A stretch of DNA of 46,571 nt from a virus (Duplodnaviria > Caudoviricetes), in the IMG/VR virus record IMGVR_UViG_3300032225_001126, positions 1-46,571 of that record; one strand, given 5' to 3'. Position numbers and translations under genes: made by a program. Positions 42,546 through 46,571 of the stretch are shown here, one piece after another (the first letter of the stretch is position 1; each line of letters starts with the position of its first letter). Under the pieces are notes generated by a model. The model worked only from the letters and a program-made list of their open reading frames with translations, was not told the origin of the DNA and ran no database searches.

Positions 42546-45416
42546 ATGCCCATTACAAATGTACAATTAAGCAACACGTTTGATCAATTTAGACAGACAT
42601 TTAATGATGCTGCTAATACTATCAATTCGTTGACTTCTGGTTTTTCAAATAGTCCTGTTACAGCAAATTCATTTACTGCAAACAATCTAACTTCTGGAAG
42701 AATTGCTATTGTTGGCGCTAATGGATTAATTCAAGATGACTCAGGATTAACATATAATCCTACAACGGATATTTTAACAGTTATTGGTGGAGTTACGGCA
42801 ACTAATCTAACTCCAGGAAGAATTGTTATTGTTGGTACTAGTGGATTTATTCAAGACGATTCTGGATTAACATATAATCCTACAACTGATGTATTAACAT
42901 CTTCTGGTGCAATTGTATCACCTAACGTTACATCAACTAGTCTAACTTCTGGTCGCGTTGCTTTAGTAGGAACATCAGGCACCATTCAAGATGATGCTGG
43001 ACTAACATATAATTCCACAACTGATGTTTTAACAGTTGCTGGCGCAATTGTATCACCTAATGTTACAGCAACTAATTTGACTTCTGGTCGTGTTGCAATT
43101 GTTGGTACTAGTGGTATAATTCAAGATGACTCGGGATTAACGTATAATCCAACAACTGATGTGCTAACTCTTTCTGGCACAACTGATTCAACAAGTTCTG
43201 GAACTGGGACTTTGGTCGTTTCTGGTGGTGTTGGGGTTGCTAAAAATCTTTATGTTTCCGGTAATACATTCATCACAGGAAACTTGACTGTATTAGGATC
43301 TAATTCAGAACTTAGCACAACTCAAATCAACGTCAATGATTCATTGATACAATTAGCAAATAATAATACTTCCGATTTAATTGATATTGGAGTATTTGGA
43401 CAATATAATTCTGGTGCAGCAAATCTACATTCAGGACTCTTTAGAGATTCTACTGACGGTGTTTGGAAACTATTTAAATCATACAATCAAGAACCAACGA
43501 CAAAGATTTCAACGTCAGCAAATAATTTTGCATATGCTGATCTAAATGTCGGAATTTTAACTACAAATAGTTCAATTACAGTTTCATCTGGTGGTACTGG
43601 TGCAAACACGTTTGCTGCAAATAATGTACTGCTTGGAAACGGCACTTCAGCTCTTCAAGTAGTTGCTCCTGGAGCCAGTGGTAATGTACTAACATCTGAT
43701 GGAACAACATGGACTTCGAAAAGTTCGTCCACTGGCGGTACTACAGCTTCGGGCAATGTGACACTAACTTCAGCATCAGCTGGTGCACAATCGATTACTA
43801 CTACTAATTATGGACAGTCAGTCACACTTCCAAATGCTACTACTGTAACGAAGGGAGCAGTGATATTTAATATTCGTAATACTGGTTCATATCCACTAAA
43901 AATAAAAGATAATTTGGATAATGTGTACGGATTTTTATATCCGCAAGCAGATGCTATAGTTGGACTAGCTGATAATAGTACAGCTGCTGGTGTCTGGACT
44001 ATTTCAAATCTAGAACCAATCGCTCCCACAGTAGCCAGAATTTTACCTTCTAATTTAACTATTGCTGGTACTGGAGTATCTCAAGCTGTTATTTTAGATT
44101 CTACTCGTACACTTTTTGTTGTTGGTGGTACTACTGCTGGTGCGGTGTATGCGGTTGTATATGATTCTTCTACTGGTACATTTGGATCTGTCGCATCGAT
44201 TGTTGGATCTGGTGCGAATAATCCATCAGCTGTTGCAATTTCTTCATCTTCAGTATTAGTTGTTTATGCCGTTTCTACTACTCTCACCTCAGTGATTCTT
44301 TCCATAGCAGGAACTACGATAACCGTAAATGGAACAACTTATACTGCTGCTGCTAGCACTATAACTAGTTATGGCGCCAGTCAAGTTGGATATTCTCCTT
44401 GGGTTGTATGTGGATCAACTTACGTTTTACGTTATTTGAGTAGCACTCAAGTTACATTACGCGCATTTACAGTTAGTGGAACTGTTGTTACGATTGGTAC
44501 AGCTGTTGCTCCTTCCGGAGCAATAAGTACGAATTTTACCACTTTCCCAATTAATACTGGCGGGTACAATAGTTTCTTAGCATTTTATTCTACTGCTTCA
44601 ACAGTAAGTTTACAACTTTATACTGTTTCTTCAGTAACTATTAGTACAAGCGGGGGTGGAACCACAATAACAAGCGATAGTCCATTCACATATAGAGTTA
44701 TACCACATGGATCAATCTCAGGTCGTTTTTGGATTACTTTGGTACAATCAGCTTTATTGATAACATATCTGTATAGTGTATCTGGAATTACTGAGGTTAT
44801 GTCATCGTCAGTTTCGCCGTTTCCTGCTCTTTCATTCTCTACTATAGATCATGTTCCTATTACAGATTTAGCTGTATGTGGTACTAAATTAGTTATAGCT
44901 ACTAATATCTCAAATATTGTTTCGTATAATATTGTGACTGACAACTCAGGATCTATATCAGCTGGTACGGTAATCAGTCAATCGACACTTACTCTCACAA
45001 CTCAGCCAATAAGAGTTGCTTCTAGTAGCACTACTGCAACTTTTGCATTCGCTACATCGGCAGCAGTTTATGCAAGTACAATAGATGCTTCTGGGAGTTC
45101 TCCTGTTCAGATTAGTTTTAGATCTACAGGATACATAAATTCATCGTTTGCTCCGCCTGTGGTTCGAATTTTTGATTCGCAAGTTTCTAACACTGTTCAA
45201 CAGTTTTCTACTAATTCTGCTTATTATACAGTTCCTTCAATTGCAATAATTCGTTCAATTACGTTCACAAATGGAGGATATCATTTCCCGATGTTTTCTT
45301 ATTCTGCAATAGTAGCAGGGTCAACTAGTAATAGAATAAGTTCGAATAATTTTTATACTATAGCTACAGCTACCACTCCCAACATGTTAACGCTTATAGA
45401 ATGTGCAACAGTTTAA
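42546..45416 (+). CDS. Tail fibre-like structural protein B (paralog of 37462-39150) with large Ser/Thr-rich C-terminal domain
   Basis: Same N-terminus (MPITN...NTF.QFRQ.FNDAAN), four NLTSGR-type repeats, shared central domain, GGTG and GNVLTSDGTTWTS fibre motifs, distinct C-terminus. Confidence 0.8.
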   Translation: MPITNVQLSNTFDQFRQTFNDAANTINSLTSGFSNSPVTANSFTANNLTSGRIAIVGANGLIQDDSGLTYNPTTDILTVIGGVTATNLTPGRIVIVGTSGFIQDDSGLTYNPTTDVLTSSGAIVSPNVTSTSLTSGRVALVGTSGTIQDDAGLTYNSTTDVLTVAGAIVSPNVTATNLTSGRVAIVGTSGIIQDDSGLTYNPTTDVLTLSGTTDSTSSGTGTLVVSGGVGVAKNLYVSGNTFITGNLTVLGSNSELSTTQINVNDSLIQLANNNTSDLIDIGVFGQYNSGAANLHSGLFRDSTDGVWKLFKSYNQEPTTKISTSANNFAYADLNVGILTTNSSITVSSGGTGANTFAANNVLLGNGTSALQVVAPGASGNVLTSDGTTWTSKSSSTGGTTASGNVTLTSASAGAQSITTTNYGQSVTLPNATTVTKGAVIFNIRNTGSYPLKIKDNLDNVYGFLYPQADAIVGLADNSTAAGVWTISNLEPIAPTVARILPSNLTIAGTGVSQAVILDSTRTLFVVGGTTAGAVYAVVYDSSTGTFGSVASIVGSGANNPSAVAISSSSVLVVYAVSTTLTSVILSIAGTTITVNGTTYTAAASTITSYGASQVGYSPWVVCGSTYVLRYLSSTQVTLRAFTVSGTVVTIGTAVAPSGAISTNFTTFPINTGGYNSFLAFYSTASTVSLQLYTVSSVTISTSGGGTTITSDSPFTYRVIPHGSISGRFWITLVQSALLITYLYSVSGITEVMSSSVSPFPALSFSTIDHVPITDLAVCGTKLVIATNISNIVSYNIVTDNSGSISAGTVISQSTLTLTTQPIRVASSSTTATFAFATSAAVYASTIDASGSSPVQISFRSTGYINSSFAPPVVRIFDSQVSNTVQQFSTNSAYYTVPSIAIIRSITFTNGGYHFPMFSYSAIVAGSTSNRISSNNFYTIATATTPNMLTLIECATV

Positions 45417-45445
45417 GGAATTAGTAATTAGCTAATGATAAAATA

Positions 45446-45485
45446 CTTCCCCTTATAAATAGAACATGAAATTTATAAGGGGAAG
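45446..45485 (+). promoter_or_regulatory. Late promoter embedded in a perfect 15-bp hairpin that sequesters the gp13 SD
   Basis: CTTCCCCTTATAAAT (45446-45460), 10-nt loop, ATTTATAAGGGGAAG (45471-45485). TATAAATA at 45454-45461, ATG at 45488. Confidence 0.8.
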
Positions 45486-45487
45486 AG

Positions 45488-46237
45488 ATGAGTACCAGCA
45501 AACCAGCATCAAGAGAAGAATTCAAGCAATTCTGTCTTAGAAGATTAGGTGCACCTCTATTAGAAATTAACGTTGCTGATGAGCAAATTGAGGATTGCAT
45601 CGAAATCTCATTCTCATACTACTACGATTATCATTTCGATGCAACTGAAAAAGTTTATCTAGCACATCAAGTCACAGACGAAGATAAAGTCAATAAGTAT
45701 ATTCCAATTCCAGATGAAGTTATTGGAATTAGAAATGTGCTTGACATTGGTGATAGCTATTCAACAAATAATCTTTTTAATCTAAGATATCAAATTTCTT
45801 TGAATGACTTATACTCATTCAATACGGGACCATTTGCTCCTTATTACATGGCTTTTCAAAACGTTGCACTTGCTGAAGAACTATTCGTTGGCAAACAATC
45901 TCTTAGATTCAATCGTCATATTAATAGACTTCATATTGACATGTCTTGGGATACTAAAGTTAAAACTGGCGAATATATTATCATCGAAGGTTACAAGAAA
46001 ATCGATCCAGACACATATACTGATGTATACAATGATCGTTGGTTGCAAAGATATTGTACTGCACAAATCAAAAAGCAATGGGGCGAAAATCTTAAAAAGT
46101 TTGAAGGCATTTCAATGCCCGGAGGAATCACATTCAACGGACAAAAGATTTGGGACGAAGCATTAGATGAACTAAATCAATTAGAAACAGAGATGATTTC
46201 TAATTACTCGTTACCAGTTATAGACATGGTTGGATAA
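45488..46237 (+). CDS. gp13: Neck protein gp13
   Basis: SREEFKQFCLRRLGAP..EINV..EQ.ED.I, YHFDA, VYNDRWL.RY.TA..K.QWG.NL.KF, PGGITFNG. Confidence 0.96.
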   Translation: MSTSKPASREEFKQFCLRRLGAPLLEINVADEQIEDCIEISFSYYYDYHFDATEKVYLAHQVTDEDKVNKYIPIPDEVIGIRNVLDIGDSYSTNNLFNLRYQISLNDLYSFNTGPFAPYYMAFQNVALAEELFVGKQSLRFNRHINRLHIDMSWDTKVKTGEYIIIEGYKKIDPDTYTDVYNDRWLQRYCTAQIKKQWGENLKKFEGISMPGGITFNGQKIWDEALDELNQLETEMISNYSLPVIDMVG

Positions 46238-46571
46238 TGGCTCGTAATAGATATTTTAATCAATACTCTCCGATTAGATCGGAGCAGTCACTAATCACAT
46301 CATTAGTTGTAGAATCAATTAAGATCTTTGGTGTTGATGCATACTATCTACCAAGAACGCATGTAAACTTAGATAAACTTTACAACGAAGACGGTTCTGT
46401 CATTTATGATGATGCACTTGAAATGGAAATGTATGTTAAAAGTTATGACGGCTTCATGGGTCAAGAAGATTTCATTTCTAAGTTTGGATTGCAAATTGAT
46501 GAATCAATCACTTTTGTAGTTGCACAAAAAAGATTTATTGAATCATTGAAACCATTAATGATGAATGAATA
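46237..46571 (+). CDS. gp14: Neck protein gp14, 5' part (runs off window end; not in ORF track)
   Basis: TAATG overlap with gp13. Reads MARNRYFN...EQSLI.SLVVESIKIFG.D.YYLPR...ED...EMYV...DGF.G..D..SKFGL.I. Confidence 0.93.
   Translation, partial: MARNRYFNQYSPIRSEQSLITSLVVESIKIFGVDAYYLPRTHVNLDKLYNEDGSVIYDDALEMEMYVKSYDGFMGQEDFISKFGLQIDESITFVVAQKRFIESLKPLMMNE

Noticed and set aside
37580-43160. Repeats in fibre and propeller genes as a CRISPR array or DGR template/variable pair
   Set aside because: The repeats are in-frame coding units with no unique spacers. Mismatches in the 108-bp pair are not restricted to adenines of one copy, and no reverse transcriptase or cas gene is in the window.
611-46166. 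Numerous short opposite-strand or alternate-frame ORFs in the track (e.g. 611-862, 4275-4577, 9540-9728, 9933-10289, 15449-15754, 30230-30793, 32862-33281, 45804-46166)
   Set aside because: They lie within well-supported genes, lack SDs and recognisable motifs, and are explained as shadows of biased codon usage.
1-46571. Stop codon reassignment, introns or inteins
   Set aside because: Core genes are intact and of expected size under the standard code, all three stop codons appear at gene ends, and no intein or homing endonuclease motifs were seen.

Overview
AT-rich segment of a large T4-like (Tevenvirinae/Kyanoviridae-style) myophage genome, probably from an aquatic phage with a proteobacterial host. 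From left to right: the 3' end of an exonuclease gene, a circularly permuted two-piece tmRNA gene (tag ANDSEYRLAA), a SleB-type cell wall hydrolase and three small membrane-protein genes on the opposite strand. An 8-gene nucleotide-sugar/glycosylation operon follows (Gmd, nucleotidyltransferase-PMI cupin fusion, DUF6165-like protein, sugar C-methyltransferase, GME-like epimerase and three GT-B glycosyltransferase-like genes), then gp33 and gp32 with no recognisable gp59 between them. A minus-strand block carries gp4, gp2, gp54-like, gp26, gp51-like, a 3TM holin and a tape-measure-like protein with a lysozyme domain. The plus-strand baseplate/tail block carries gp48, gp53, a hub protein, a P-loop kinase, gp5, an Hc1-like protein, gp25, gp6, gp7, gp8, a DUF4815/VrlC-like protein, two paralogous fibre genes, two beta-propeller proteins, gp13 and the start of gp14. 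The most notable observations are the permuted tmRNA, the branched-sugar glycosylation operon, a candidate -1 frameshift fusing gp26 to gp51, a candidate capsid-packaged kinase and several compact regulatory devices. All family assignments come from motif recognition by eye, not from database searches.
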